A stretch of 63,535 nucleotides of DNA, filler included, from Octopus bimaculoides (taxonomy: Eukaryota), in the NCBI RefSeq assembly GCF_001194135.2. It is 8 parts of 8 records of this genome, joined end to end, with 100 filler letters (N's around TTAATTAATTAA, not from the genome) between each part and the next. Parts side by side here need not be neighbours in the genome. Positions count along the whole stretch, not along the records: positions 48,874 to 55,322 come from NC_068997.1; positions 55,423 to 61,366 come from NW_026353609.1; positions 61,467 to 63,535 come from NW_026411760.1; 5 more parts are not named here. One strand, 5' to 3'. Shown one piece after another: positions 51,500 to 63,535 of this stretch. The translations under genes were made by a program, and so were the position numbers. The notes beneath the pieces were generated by a model, which was not told the origin of the DNA, ran no database searches, and worked only from the letters and a program-made list of their open reading frames with translations. Each line of letters opens with the position of its first letter. The first letter of the stretch is position 1.

Positions 51500-52420
51500 T
51501 AAATCTAAATTGATGTTATAATAAAGCACGCATTGTGATTCTGAAACAGTATCTGCAGTAAAAGAAAAAGACCAGTAACCATATTGCCCAAGTTTGCAAG
51601 AGCGAAAACAATAACATCATTAGGATAGCTAATGAACTTGAGGAGAGACATGAAATAAGAGCTGATACAAATACCTTTCCAATAAGCAGTGATAAAATCT
51701 ATTTATCAGAAGAACAAAATAAAAACATGGACCAGTTCATTGAGAAGACAGTACATGGGTACTTGGCACGAAAGACACAAATCATAAAAGGAATTGATCA
51801 TATCTAATGCTTGGTAGAGCGTACCGACAAGTTTGTGACATTCCACTTTGAAGGATACCTCCATGCAACTCAAAAACGAGATTCCCACCGAGCATCAGCA
51901 GCATGAGAGGCAGAAAACATTGACGAACAGCAAATGTAGGCTGTGCAAAACTAAAACTGCAGACATCAAACACATTATTGCTAATTGCAAGAGAATGTTT
52001 TCTAGATAGTATCTTCCCATGTAGATGATGCAATGCTCAGAACAAACAAGAACAGGTTAAGACGAAAACAAGAGAAAATACCAACAAAACTAGCTATAAT
52101 GAGGTTAATAAGTCAAAAGTATAGTGGTGGAATTTAAAGATTAAAACAACCATTATGTTAAAATACAACCGGCCAGATATAGTTGTGCGGGACCACAAGA
52201 AAAAATATGCTTTGCTGTAGAACTCAGCTGCATTCTGGACATTAATGTAGTCAGAAAAATTCAGGAGAAAGAGAACGTTTGCGGAACATTTAGAAAGAGT
52301 TTGCAAATCCAGTACCGACGATATGATAGGACAAGCACGAACTCGCCTGGAGCAAATCATATCTGAACTTGGATTCTTGGGGAGAGAACGTAACCCCTTG
52401 ATTTATACGCTACAAATGAT
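51500..52420 (+). mobile_element. R4/Dong-like non-LTR retrotransposon 3' fragment
   Basis: EGYLHATQKQEIPT, CRLCKTKTADIKHIIANC and NRPDIVVRD...VELSC.LDINV. Confidence 0.75.
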
Positions 52421-53145
52421 CATAATATTTGTAAAATAAAAATCTTCAAAGCCTTCTTAAGATTTGAAGTATGCTGAACAAAACAATGTTTTCCCTGAAA
52501 GCACTGCTACGAAGTAGATGGTTGATCAAAATTATTAACTATAAATTAAAAAAAGAAAAACAAAACACACACACTCTCTCTTTCTCTTTTTTTCTCTCCC
52601 TCGCACACACATCCACTCACACATATACATACATAGTTGTAGAAGTTTGACTAATATTAAAAGAAAAAGTACACATGCCAAATTATAAGAAATCTGCATA
52701 AACTACATCCGGGCTATAACTTTAGATTTATATCTGTAACTATTGAGGGTCTTGGATATGGAGCTAACTGCTTCAGTACTATTCTAGTGATTCGCAAAAT
52801 TTCCGAAACGTCTTTTATAACACGAGTTCTAAGGGGAAAAATGTTCGGTCGGTGGACAGTGCAAACACTACAAGGGTATTCTGAATGTCTCAAAAAGTTT
52901 TCAGACCTAATCCAGAAACACGAAAGAGTCTTCCTGCTGGCACAGTCTCATAAGAAAAACTGCCAGTATCCTGAGAAAGCCAAAAAAGACAAAAAAAAAG
53001 AAAGAAAAAAAAAGACTGGCTGAACAGAGGAAGGAGGTGAGAAAGTCTAGAGAAAGTCTGGTATATTGGCAAAAAAATGTTTTGCTAACACCGAACAAAA
53101 TCTTTAAATGGAAGAACGGGAATAACATTATACGGAGTATATTCT

Positions 53146-53373
53146 TTTACTCTTTTACTTGTTTCAGTCATTTGACTGTGGCCTTGCTGGAGCACCGCCT
53201 TTAGTCGAGCAAATCGACCCCAGGACTTATTCTTTGTAAGCCAAGTACTTATTCTATCGGTCTCTTTTTCCGAACCGCTAAGTTACGGGGACGTAAACAC
53301 ACCAGCATCGGTTGTCAAGCGATATTGGGGGGGGGGGACAAACACAGATGCACAAACATATACACACATACAT

Positions 53374-53428
<55 letters not shown>

Positions 53429-53594
53429 TACAACGGGCTTCTTTCAGTTTCCGTCTACCAAATCCACTCACAAGGCTTCGGTGGGCCCGAGGCTATAGTA
53501 GAAGACACCTGCCCTAGGTGCCACGCAGTGGGACTGAACCCGGAACAATGTGGTTCGTAAGCAAGCTACTTACCACACAGCCACTCCTACGTCT
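53146..53594 (-). mobile_element. SINE family A, full length
   Basis: All modules are present, with an internal (CA)/(TA) tract. Confidence 0.92.
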
Positions 53595-54208
53595 ATAATA
53601 TTTTTAATTAAAAAAAAAACAGCAAGAATTTGTGTTAGATTTAGCTGTCATTAGGAGGTAAAGAGAGTAATTTTTATCACAGGCTGTTGTGTAATTAGTA
53701 TATGGTGCCATGGTTATTGCATCAGCTACGTTTTATAACTACAAGATGTTGCATTCGCAGTATTTTATCATAGGGTGTTCTATTATCTATGTTCTGTAAA
53801 CCCTATTTCTTAACGCAGTCTATTTCAATCAGTTGAGTTCTTCAATGTAGGAACTGTCCTAGATCTAACCCAGTAATATTGACAACTAAGACGACGACGA
53901 CGACGACGACGGCAAAAACAGCAACAACTACAACAACAATAACATCAACACGAGCACCAACATTAACAACAACAACAACATCAGTAAACTGACAATAAAA
54001 CTGATAGAATTACGTGAGTGACAACAGCAGTAGTAGCACAACGACTCAAGTGAGGGTAACACTATGACTGTTACCTTCACTTCTACCGCCAATGTTGCTG
54101 TGCTGTTACAAATAGAATACATACATACATACGTATATAGGGAGAAAGAGTGAGAGAGAGAGAGAGAGAGAAAAAGAGAGAGAGAGAGTGAGAGAGAGAG
54201 AGAGAAAG

Positions 54209-54248
<40 letters not shown>

Positions 54249-55639
54249 GATTTGGAGGGAAAAAGGCGGAGATGGTAGGAGCGTTGATCTCAGAGGAGAA
54301 TAATTACAACTGAAAGCATATTCCGAGTCAGCCATTTTAAAAGATTTTAGATAAAATAAAATTAAAAACAACAGCAGTAACAACAACAACAACAGGAGAA
54401 AGACCAACAACTCTAATAACAACAAAAACGCCAGAAGCAACACCAGCAGTAACAACAGCATTAGCAAATACTAGAACTATAGCAATAACAACAGCAACAA
54501 CAACGAGCTAAACAATAACAGAAATAACATAACAATGTTTTAATTTGTCTTCAATTTCCATTAATTCATAATTTTGTGTTTATTATTTTCTATTGTCAAA
54601 GCGAAGAGCGACTAAAAGCTAAGGCGACGTTTCAATGGAACTGACGGAGCGGAGAACAGCAACAATATATCGATCCTTTTACAGACGTAACAAAAATTTA
54701 AATGCAGGGAATAGTAAAAAAAAAAAAAAAGAATAATTTTCCTTATGGCTTTATTACATCATGGTATATTGTATACATACATACTTACATATATATACAA
54801 ACATAAATATATAAATGCATGCACATATACGCGCATACATAAATACATGCATACATGCATACATGCACACACACATACATACGTGCACATGCATACACAC
54901 ATATATATATACACATACATATACGTACACACAAACCAATATAGATAGTGTTATACAGACATGAATATGTATATACATAAACACAAATATATATATATAC
55001 ATATATATACATATATGTATATACATATATATATATACATATGTAGACATTATATATATATACATATATATTATAAATAAAATATATATACATGCATACA
55101 TACATACATATATGTACAGACACACACACACACACATACATATATGCATATATGGGTACAGGACGTCACAAATCGTAAACGACATGAAATACGAAGACAA
55201 ACTTTGGTATGCGAACAACGAGAGAAGCAAATGGAAAGCAAGACAAGTAGCATAAAGAACGATCCTTCGTTAGTTGTCGGTTTTCCATCTACTCCTCATT
55301 TCGAGCAATTACAATATGAAGCNNNNNNNNNNNNNNNNNNNNNNNNNNNNNNNNNNNNNNNNNNNNTTAATTAATTAANNNNNNNNNNNNNNNNNNNNNN
55401 NNNNNNNNNNNNNNNNNNNNNNTGGTGGTGGTGGTGGTGGTGGTGGTCGTCTTGATTTTGTTGTTACTGTTATCACTATTGTTGTTGTTATTGCTATTGT
55501 TATTAATGAAAACTGCCATCTCCCTCCCATCAATAGCATCAGCAACGATCCGAGACGAGTGTACCTCGCGTACCGGAGCAAATACTGGAATATGTTAGAA
55601 AGAAATAGAAAATAAACTAGGAAAGGAAGACTCAAAGCA

Positions 55640-56120
55640 TAACAGTTGGTTCCAGATGTGAAGCTATCGATGCTACACCAAGAAGAGAAATAGGTCAGAA
55701 ATTTAGGAAAATACTACACGAAATGAAATTTTAAATGAAAATAATCGAGGAAGCAAAGACAGGCAACTCCATCGAGTCACATTTAGGAAAGAATTCGTTG
55801 CACTGTAAACTGAAGAGTGTGAGCAACCAGCGCACAGATAAAGTGTAAAATTAGGAATGTGATGTATCATATGAGATGTATGAAAAAGAAGTATAAGGAA
55901 GACACTTATGTGCAAAGAAGTGTAAGGACACTTTCCCCTGTACAAGAGAAAAGGCTCGTAGTGTAGATGAAGGGGTTGGGAATCACTGGTGTGAATGCCA
56001 GCAAATGGAATGCATCCATGCTCTACCAACAAGCAATGCAGAAACACAATGGATCAATAAACAATGATGGAATAATAATTCTTTTAACATATCCAAAACT
56101 TTTAATATTGAGACACGTTC
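55640..56120 (+). mobile_element. Penelope-like GIY-YIG endonuclease fragment, copy 1
   Basis: CKIRNVMYHMRC...CTRE...NHW, paralogous to 56822-57170. Confidence 0.55.
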
Positions 56121-56139
56121 CAGTGGCAGAGATTCTGCC

Positions 56140-56818
56140 TCTCGTGTGGTAGGAAGTTTGCTTCTAAATAACATGGTCCTGGGTTCAGTCCCACTGCGTG
56201 ACATCTTGGGAAAGTGTCTTCTACTATAACCTCTGGCCGACTAAAGCCTTGTGAATGAATGTGGTAAATGGAAACTGAAAGAATTCCATCGTGTGTGTGT
56301 GTGTGNNNNNNNNNNNNNNNNNNNNNNNNNNNNNNNNNNNNNNNNNNNNNNNNNNNNNNNNNNNNNNNNNNNNNNNNNNNNNNNNNNNNNNNNNNNNNNN
56401 NNNNNNNNNNNNNNNNNNNNNNNNNNNNNNNNNNNNNNNNNNNNNNNNNNNNNNNNNNNNNNNNNNNNNNNNNNNNNNNNNNNNNNNNNNNNNNNNNNNN
56501 NNNNNNNNNNNNNNNNNNNNNNNNNNNNNNNNNNNNNNNNNNNNNNNNNNNNNNNNNNNGTGTGTGTGCATGTGCGCGTGCTCGTGCGTGTGTGTCTTTT
56601 TGTGTCTGTGTTTGTGTTTGTCACTATCACCGCTTGACAAAAAGCGTTGGCGTGTTTACATGCTCGTAACCTAGCGGTTCGGCTAAAGAGACAGATAGAA
56701 TAAGTACCTGGCTTATGAAAATAAACTACTGGGATCAATTTGTTCGGCTAGAATTCTTCAAGGCGGTGCTCCAGCATGGTCACCGTCTAACGACTGCAAC
56801 AAGTTAAAAAGATAAAGG
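56140..56818 (+). mobile_element. SINE family A, diverged, gap in the internal microsatellite
   Basis: Head and 3' module are both recognisable. Confidence 0.85.
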
Positions 56819-56821
56819 TAG

Positions 56822-57170
56822 TAACAACACCGAGTGTGCACAACCGACCCTCAAGTAAACTGCAAAATTAGAAATGTAACGCACCGCATGAGATGCTTTG
56901 AAGGAAATGTAAGTGTACTACCACGACCTATACAGGAGAAATGGCTTTCAGCGTACATGAAAGGATTGCAGAACACTGGTGTGGATACGAAGAAAAGAAA
57001 TGCATGCATACTCTAACAAGATGTCTTACAGAACCACAATGCATCAATAGACAATGATGGAATGATAATTCTTTATTCACAGCCAAAGTTCTAACATTCA
57101 GACAGGATTTCTGGGACCGTTCGAACACTAGAAGCAGATTCCGTATCTCCGCTCTCACACCCACTCACAC
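56822..57170 (+). mobile_element. Penelope-like GIY-YIG endonuclease fragment, copy 2
   Basis: CKIRNVTHRMRC..KCK..TYTGEMAFSVHERIAEHW resembles the GIY-YIG pattern NV.Y.I.C..C...Y.GET......R..EH. Confidence 0.6.
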
Positions 57171-57489
57171 ACACTCCATAGAAGGAATAGAGGAGTGAAG
57201 AATAACAAGCATTGTCGCAATCACCACCAATTATTACCAACACCACCACCGCTGCCGCTACCACCTCCACCGCCAACACCACTACCGCTGCCATCGCTGC
57301 CGCCATCGCCACCACCACCACTACAGTAAAAGAAAATGAGCATAAAATGAGATTCAAACAATAAACGCACATGTGTACAATTCATACACACGCACTCAAA
57401 CACAAACACACACACAAACAAACAAGCAAAAACAAACACACGCAAACTGCAAACGCACAATGAAAACAAAACAAGACACGATTAGACAC

Positions 57490-57536
<47 letters not shown>

Positions 57537-58104
57537 NNNNNNNNNNNNNNNNNNNNNNNNNNNNNNNNNNNNNNNNNNNNNNNNNNNNNNNNNNNNNNNN
57601 NNNNNNNNNNNNNNNNNNNNNNNNNNNNNNNNNNNNNNNNNNNNNNNNNNNNNNNNNNNNNNNNNNNNNNNNNNNNNNNNNNNNNNNNNNNNNNNNNNNN
57701 NNNNNNNNNNNNNNNNNNNNNNNNNNNNNNNNNNNNNNNNNNNNNNNNNNNNNNNNNNNNNNNNNNNNNNNNNNNNNNNNNNNNNNNNNNNNNNNNNNNN
57801 NNNNNNNNNNNNNNNNNNNNNNNNNNNNNNNNNNNNNNNNNNNNNNNNNNNNNNNNNNNNNNNNNNNNNNNNNNNNNNNNNNNNNNNNNNNNNNNNNNNN
57901 NNNNNNNNNNNNNNNNNNNNNNNNNNNNNNNNNNNNNNNNNNNNNNNNNNNNNNNNNNNNNNNNNNNNNNNNNNNNNNNNNNNNNNNNNNNNNNNNNNNN
58001 NNNNNNNNNNNNNNNNNNNNNNNNNNNNNNNNNNNNNNNNNNNNNNNNNNNNNNNNNNNNNNNNNNNNNNNNNNNNNNNNNNNNNNNNNNNNNNNNNNNN
58101 NNNA

Positions 58105-59245
58105 AAGCCCATGATTATTCTTTGACACAATATCTATTGCTTTCTAGAACTTCATTCCATCCGACAACAAGCTTATAAATGCCACGCTTGTAAAATTGTT
58201 AAGGTTTTGATGCGAAATATGAACCCAACTCATTTTCAACCTCTTCACTTGGTGTCAACCTAAAACCATTCAAATGGTTCTGTAGTCCCTGAGAAAAGTG
58301 ATAATCAGAAGGAACAGAGTCTGGAGAATATGGAGGGCGAAGCAATATTTCCCAACCAAGCTCTTCTAAGAGATCTTTGGTCAGTTGAGCTGTATGAGGA
58401 CTAACATTATCATGGTGGAAGATGACACTCTTTCTGCTGACTAAGCAAAGTTGCTTTCTGTTCAAAGCAGCTTTCAAACGATGGAGTTGATCACAGTAGA
58501 GATTAGCAATAATTGTTTGATTGTTGTCTAACAATTCTTAATGGACAATTCCTTCAATATCCCACCATAAACTCAACATGATTTTCCTTGGATGAAGTCC
58601 TCCTCTCGGTTGTTGAACATGTCTTCCTCCTCGACTGATCCACGATCGGCGGCGTTTTAAGTTATGGTAAAGAATCCACTTCTTATCGCCTGTAACAAGC
58701 CTTCCTAAAAATGGTTCCTTAAGGTGTTGTGAAAGCAATGACTAACAACAAACAACATGCTGTTGCAGATTCTCTGGAGACAGTTCGTGCGGGACTCATC
58801 TTCCAGCCACTGAAACCTTTCTGATCCTTTTCAATTGACGTAGAACAGTTGTACGGGCTACGTTAAACCGTTCTGCAAGTTCTCTACAAGTAGCGGTTGG
58901 ATTTTCTGTGACAACAGCTTCCAACTCTTCAGAATCAAGTTGTTTTTAACGACCTTGTTTTGGCTCGACTTTCAAACTCAAATCCCTTTTAAAAATCATA
59001 TCCTACAACTTCTTTCACTCACTACATCAACCTTATAAACTCTCTGAAGAGATTTTGCTGTTGTGCTTGCATTGACACCTTTATGAAACTCATAAAGTAA
59101 GACATGTCTAATGTGTTCTTAAGATGGGACGAACATTGGTGCGAATATAGCAGAAGATTATGGACAATACAATCAGAATCTGAAAGAAAAATGTATAAAT
59201 TACTCATTGTGACATTCTTAAAACATTGCAAGAAGCTCAATTTAT
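58105..59245 (-). mobile_element. Near-full-length decayed mariner
   Basis: HIRHVLLYEFHKG, VPHEL, LVTGDKKWILY, HHDNVSPH and PYSPDSVPSDY. Confidence 0.92.
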
Positions 59246-59252
59246 AAAAATA

Positions 59253-60058
59253 CTAGCAGCTAAGCCCGGTTTCACCCGGTTGGTTTGGATGATGTGGCTG
59301 TAAAACCTGCTCTGTGTAAGCATTTGACTTGTTTGGGCAAGCTTACGTTAAAAAACAATTTTAGAATGACTTTTTTCTGTCAAAATGCTAAAAATAACTG
59401 ACCGATAAAAAAAAAACAACCAAGATTCAACTAAATCAAAAAAATAAACCCAAATACTAAGCGAACAAAGATGCAAAACAACAGAAACAAACATAAANNN
59501 NNNNNNNNNNNNNNNNNNNNNNNNNNNNNNNNNNNNNNNNNNNNNNNNNNNNNNNNNNNNNNNNNNNNNNNNNNNNNNNNNNNNNNNNNNNNNNNNNNNN
59601 NNNNNNNNNNNNNNNNNNNNNNNNNNNNNNNNNNNNNNNNNNNNNNNNNNNNNNNNNNNNNNNNNNNNNNNNNNNNNNNNNNNNNNNNNNNNNNNNNNNN
59701 NNNNNNNNNNNNNNNNNNNNNNNNNNNNNNNNNNNNNNNNNNNNNNNNNNNNNNNNNNNNNNNNNNNNNNNNNNNNNNNNNNNNNNNNNNNNNNNNNNNN
59801 NNNNNNNNNNNNNNNNNNNNNNNNNNNNNNNNNNNNNNNNNNTCTTTTATTGTAAGTTGTAAATTTTGCCCGAGAAATAAAGCAAATAATCACCGAATGC
59901 ATTGTTAAAAATCTGCAACTCGATAGCAAATATCTCCAAATTGATTAGAAATGCATAAATTTAATAATAATGACGCTAAATAAAATTTGGTCGAGAAATA
60001 CCAAAGAAATTACTTTAAATCAACAAAATAACAGACACGTACCTTTATAGAGAACAGA
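59253..60058 (-). mobile_element. Non-autonomous Helitron (second family)
   Basis: Minus strand A|TC start; hairpin CCGG-GTGAAA-CCGG shortly before CTAG|T. Confidence 0.7.
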
Positions 60059-60296
60059 TTGTATTCAAGTGAAACATACCAAATACACAGAGTTGAAACG
60101 CTGTAGGATTTTTCTTTTCAACGTTGAATGTTAACCATCTCACTTCCATCACACGCGCGCATGCGCGCACACACACATAAACACACACACACACATTCAC
60201 ATACCCCCCCTTTTATATACACACGCATATATTCGCACAGAGTTTAAACGCTGTTTGATTTTTTTCAGCGTACAATTTTCATCATTCCACTACCAA

Positions 60297-60525
60297 ATAT
60301 GACATCACCCCTTCCTTCCTTCCTTACTCATGTATCACCCCTTCCTTTTGCATTCATAAACACAAGAGTATTATTATAGTAGATTATCTCGGTAACCATG
60401 GCAGCTATGACAAAAATATGACATCATCCCCTTCCTTATTCATGTATCACCCCTTCCTTTCTCCTTCATAAACACAAGATTATTATTATTGTCGATTATC
60501 TCAGTAACCATGGGAGCTATGAAAA
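60297..60525 (+). repeat. Two-copy tandem duplication of about 115 nt
   Basis: ATATGACATCA...GTAACCATGG.AGCTATGA occurs twice. Confidence 0.85.
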
Positions 60526-61106
60526 AGATACAAAGCCCAGCATCACCACCGGATCATTCTACATATATATATAGATTTTCGCGCAATTCCACCCAGCCAT
60601 TTGACCGTGAATCCCAAGACAAGAAAGAATCTCCCAAGTCAAATTTATATGTATAGACTATCAAAAACTGTTTTCGAAAACATAGGCCATTAGCTTTGCA
60701 CCAACCTGATGTACATACATACACAAACACATACATACAAACACAAACACATGCATACATATACAAACATACATTCATACATACATACATTCATACATAC
60801 ATACATACATACATACAAACAAACACACACACACACACACATACATACATACATACATACATACATACAAACAAACAAACACATACATACATACATACAT
60901 ACACACATACATACATACAAACAAGCAAGCACATACATATATACATACATACATACATACCGATAAATGCAGAGCGATAACTACATATCTATACGTAGAT
61001 ACTACAAACAATTGCAGATGAATAAATACACGCAAACCCACTTATATACACACGCGCAAGTATGCACTCACACATACATAAATGTCTGTGTGTGTGTGTG
61101 TGTGTG

Positions 61107-61366
61107 TCAAGTTATCCCATAAGTTCTGTCCGATTTTACCTTTTTTAAAATTGAAAGAATTTTAATACCATTTTAGAATGTCTTTTGAAATTATTTTTAT
61201 GCATTTGTGTACATTTAAACTAATTAAATATTATTTTACAGAATAATAAAATTAATATTTCTTTGATTAAAACCCTTTCTAACATGGAAGTATCCAAAGA
61301 GCAGTTAAGGCACATAATGCTTTATGAGTACAAAAAAGGAAACTCTGCAGCCGAAGCGACTCGAAA
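61107..61366 (+). mobile_element. Mariner 5' end (TIR and transposase start) cut by a contig spacer
   Basis: MEVSKEQLRHIMLYEYKKGNSAAEATR. Confidence 0.85.
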
Positions 61367-61894
61367 NNNNNNNNNNNNNNNNNNNNNNNNNNNNNNNNNN
61401 NNNNNNNNNNTTAATTAATTAANNNNNNNNNNNNNNNNNNNNNNNNNNNNNNNNNNNNNNNNNNNNTTGCAAACAAAACGTAGACGAGAAAACACACAAG
61501 CCACATAGAGAACATCATCTGTTACCAGTTCTTTCTATCAGTAAAGCTGTTTAGTCACCTAAGATGCCTAAGGAGGATTTCCAACACATATTAACTGACC
61601 ATTAATCAATGTATACTGAAGTGAATCATAAACTTTTATTCATCTGTATTTCTCTTGCAGTGAAGCGTAACCAACTCGGTACATGTATGTGTCATCTATT
61701 TATAAAAGAAATATATCTATGGTGAAAATCACTAGATAATGGTTTCCATTCCTCACGTAATGCCAACGTATTCCCGCCACTATGTCTCCAGATTTTAATG
61801 GTTGTAAATAGGATGGTAAATACGTTGCCTGATATTTGCCAAGACAATGCCATTGACAGGATATTTATTTTATTTTAACTTTTTTAAAACTTTT

Positions 61895-62215
61895 TTCAGT
61901 CATTTGACTTCTGCTATGGAGGGATTCCACCCTGAATGGCTCTAGTTGAACAAATTGATCCCAGTGTTTTCTTTTTAATTAATCTGGTAGTCTCTTTTTC
62001 AGATCCACCAGTTTACGATGATGTAAGCTAACCAGCACCGGTTGTCAAACGGTGAGGAGGGTACAGGCACACACACAGATATGACGGGCTTCCACACAGT
62101 TTCTATCTGTCGAATTCACTCAAAAAGCATTTGTCAGCCCGGGGCCATACTAGAGGATACTTTCCTCAGTGCCATATCTATGAGACGATGTAACGATTCT
62201 GACCAATGTACAAGC
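61895..62215 (-). mobile_element. SINE family A, highly diverged
   Basis: TTTCAGTCATTTGAC, CACCGGTTGTCAA and GACGGGCTTCCACACAGTTT remnants. Confidence 0.7.
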
Positions 62216-62489
62216 AGCTTATATTCTTTGGTCAATAATTCCAAATCACTGGCTATTTCTACAGAAAATAATTCCAGATACACTTATCACAATAATAATA
62301 TCCCATACGTTTAATCTTCATCTCATTTCTATTCAATATATCGCAATATATCAAACAATTTGTTCCAAACAGTAAAACATATTGTGACTTCCGAATTAAA
62401 AGAACTGTTACCACTGCAAAAAAGAAACAGAAATCATTCGTCATCTAATAATATTTGCTATTGTCCTTTGTGTTAACAATATATCCATT

Positions 62490-63474
62490 ATTAATCGTTA
62501 ATCATCTGCGGCAATGTTAATGATAACATTTAGTATTGACTTACGTTTATAGCTGAAGATGTGATATATAAAAATAATATATTGAGATAGACTAAAAGTA
62601 ATTACACCCTCATCAGACCGCATTACCACCACTGTCACCAAAGACATAGACCACAATACACTACGAGATGGTTTCAACATGGTTACTGGACCAGCTATAA
62701 ATGGCAGCTAAAATCTCTCAATCAAACCCTACTATCACGAAAAAAATGGACACACAGAACAAAGTGGTGTTCAGATAACTGCAGAAATAAATGTGTTGGT
62801 CGCAACTGAAATAATTTTGAAATAGACGTTCGCTCGATTAGACAAGGCTACACGACAACAAGAGCCATTGATCACAAATACGTGGGTGAGGGGTGAAAAG
62901 TTCCTGGCTTTAAGGGTTTCGGGAAAGGCTTGAGTGGAGGCCCAAAATTCCAAGTTCTTTTACAGGGTTTAGAATAACTGAAGGAACGCTGCAATAAGTG
63001 TGTGAATCTGAAAGGGGGATATGTTGAATTAAATCATAATTAACTAATCTTCCTGTATTTTCTTTTATTCAAACCCAGGGAATTTTCAGCACCTACATGA
63101 AAAAAAAATGTTCAATTACACAAATCCTCATTAAATATTTGGTGGAGAACAAATCCAACATGGTTATATCATAACTTCAATCAGCATCAGTAACAAATAA
63201 AGTGAGATGATCGTATTAATAGCCGCATAAATCTACATTGCTGCTATCTCCAGTCTCACTGTTCACTTTTATCATTAACTTCTTGCGCTGCAAAGAAATT
63301 TGAAAGAAATTTGAGCAGATTAGCCATTGACGAAACCAATAGTAGACTGCAACTATTGACAATACCTACCCTTTTTCTATTCATGAAAGTATCATATGCA
63401 CAAACGAGCTGGTTGTACCTGTCCAGACATAGAGAAATGTCTAAAGATCTTGAGATAAATTCTGTAACATTCAA
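62490..63474 (-). pseudogene. Possible decayed rhodopsin-class GPCR (TM3-TM7), interrupted by a mariner MITE
   Basis: SLCLDRYNQLVCAYDTFMNRKRVGIV (DRY and ICL2 pattern), IYAAINTIISLYLLLMLI (TM5-like) and F-stop-LPFI (CWLPF-like), in order, with stops and frameshifts. Confidence 0.35.
62879..63100 (+). mobile_element. Mariner-derived MITE
   Basis: Termini ...GGGTGAAAAGTTCCTGGCTTT / AAACCCAGGGAATTTTCAGCACC; retains the last transposase codons ERCNKCVNLKGGYVE-stop. Confidence 0.75.
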
Positions 63475-63498
63475 GCAATAGATACATAGATAGATGGG

Positions 63499-63535
<37 letters not shown>

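Overview
Eukaryotic, AT-rich DNA saturated with microsatellites and broken by many N-gaps. The SINE repertoire, the TTAGGG-type repeat and the overall repeat landscape point to a coleoid cephalopod (Octopus-like) draft assembly; this is inferred from recalled repeat families, not a database search. Seven artificial spacers of about 100 nt (N-TTAATTAATTAA-N) join contigs. Almost all ORFs in the supplied track are translated microsatellites or Ns. Recognisable content: four tRNA-type SINE families in many copies (some in tandem arrays); several mariner/Tc1 relics; a decayed near-full-length hAT transposase plus hAT MITEs; two non-autonomous Helitrons; RTE, HERO-like and R4/Dong-like LINE fragments; tandem Penelope-like GIY-YIG fragments; and four long foldback elements. 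Candidate host-gene signal is sparse: two phase-compatible exons (3710-3779, 7241-7359) encoding a C-terminal tail ending in S-Q-V, and a possible decayed rhodopsin-class GPCR near the right end. The most notable hidden signal is a set of Penelope-type minimal hammerhead ribozyme motifs, one with an apparently intact core (46905-46964, minus strand). No prokaryotic systems, CRISPR arrays, rRNA or true tRNA genes were seen.
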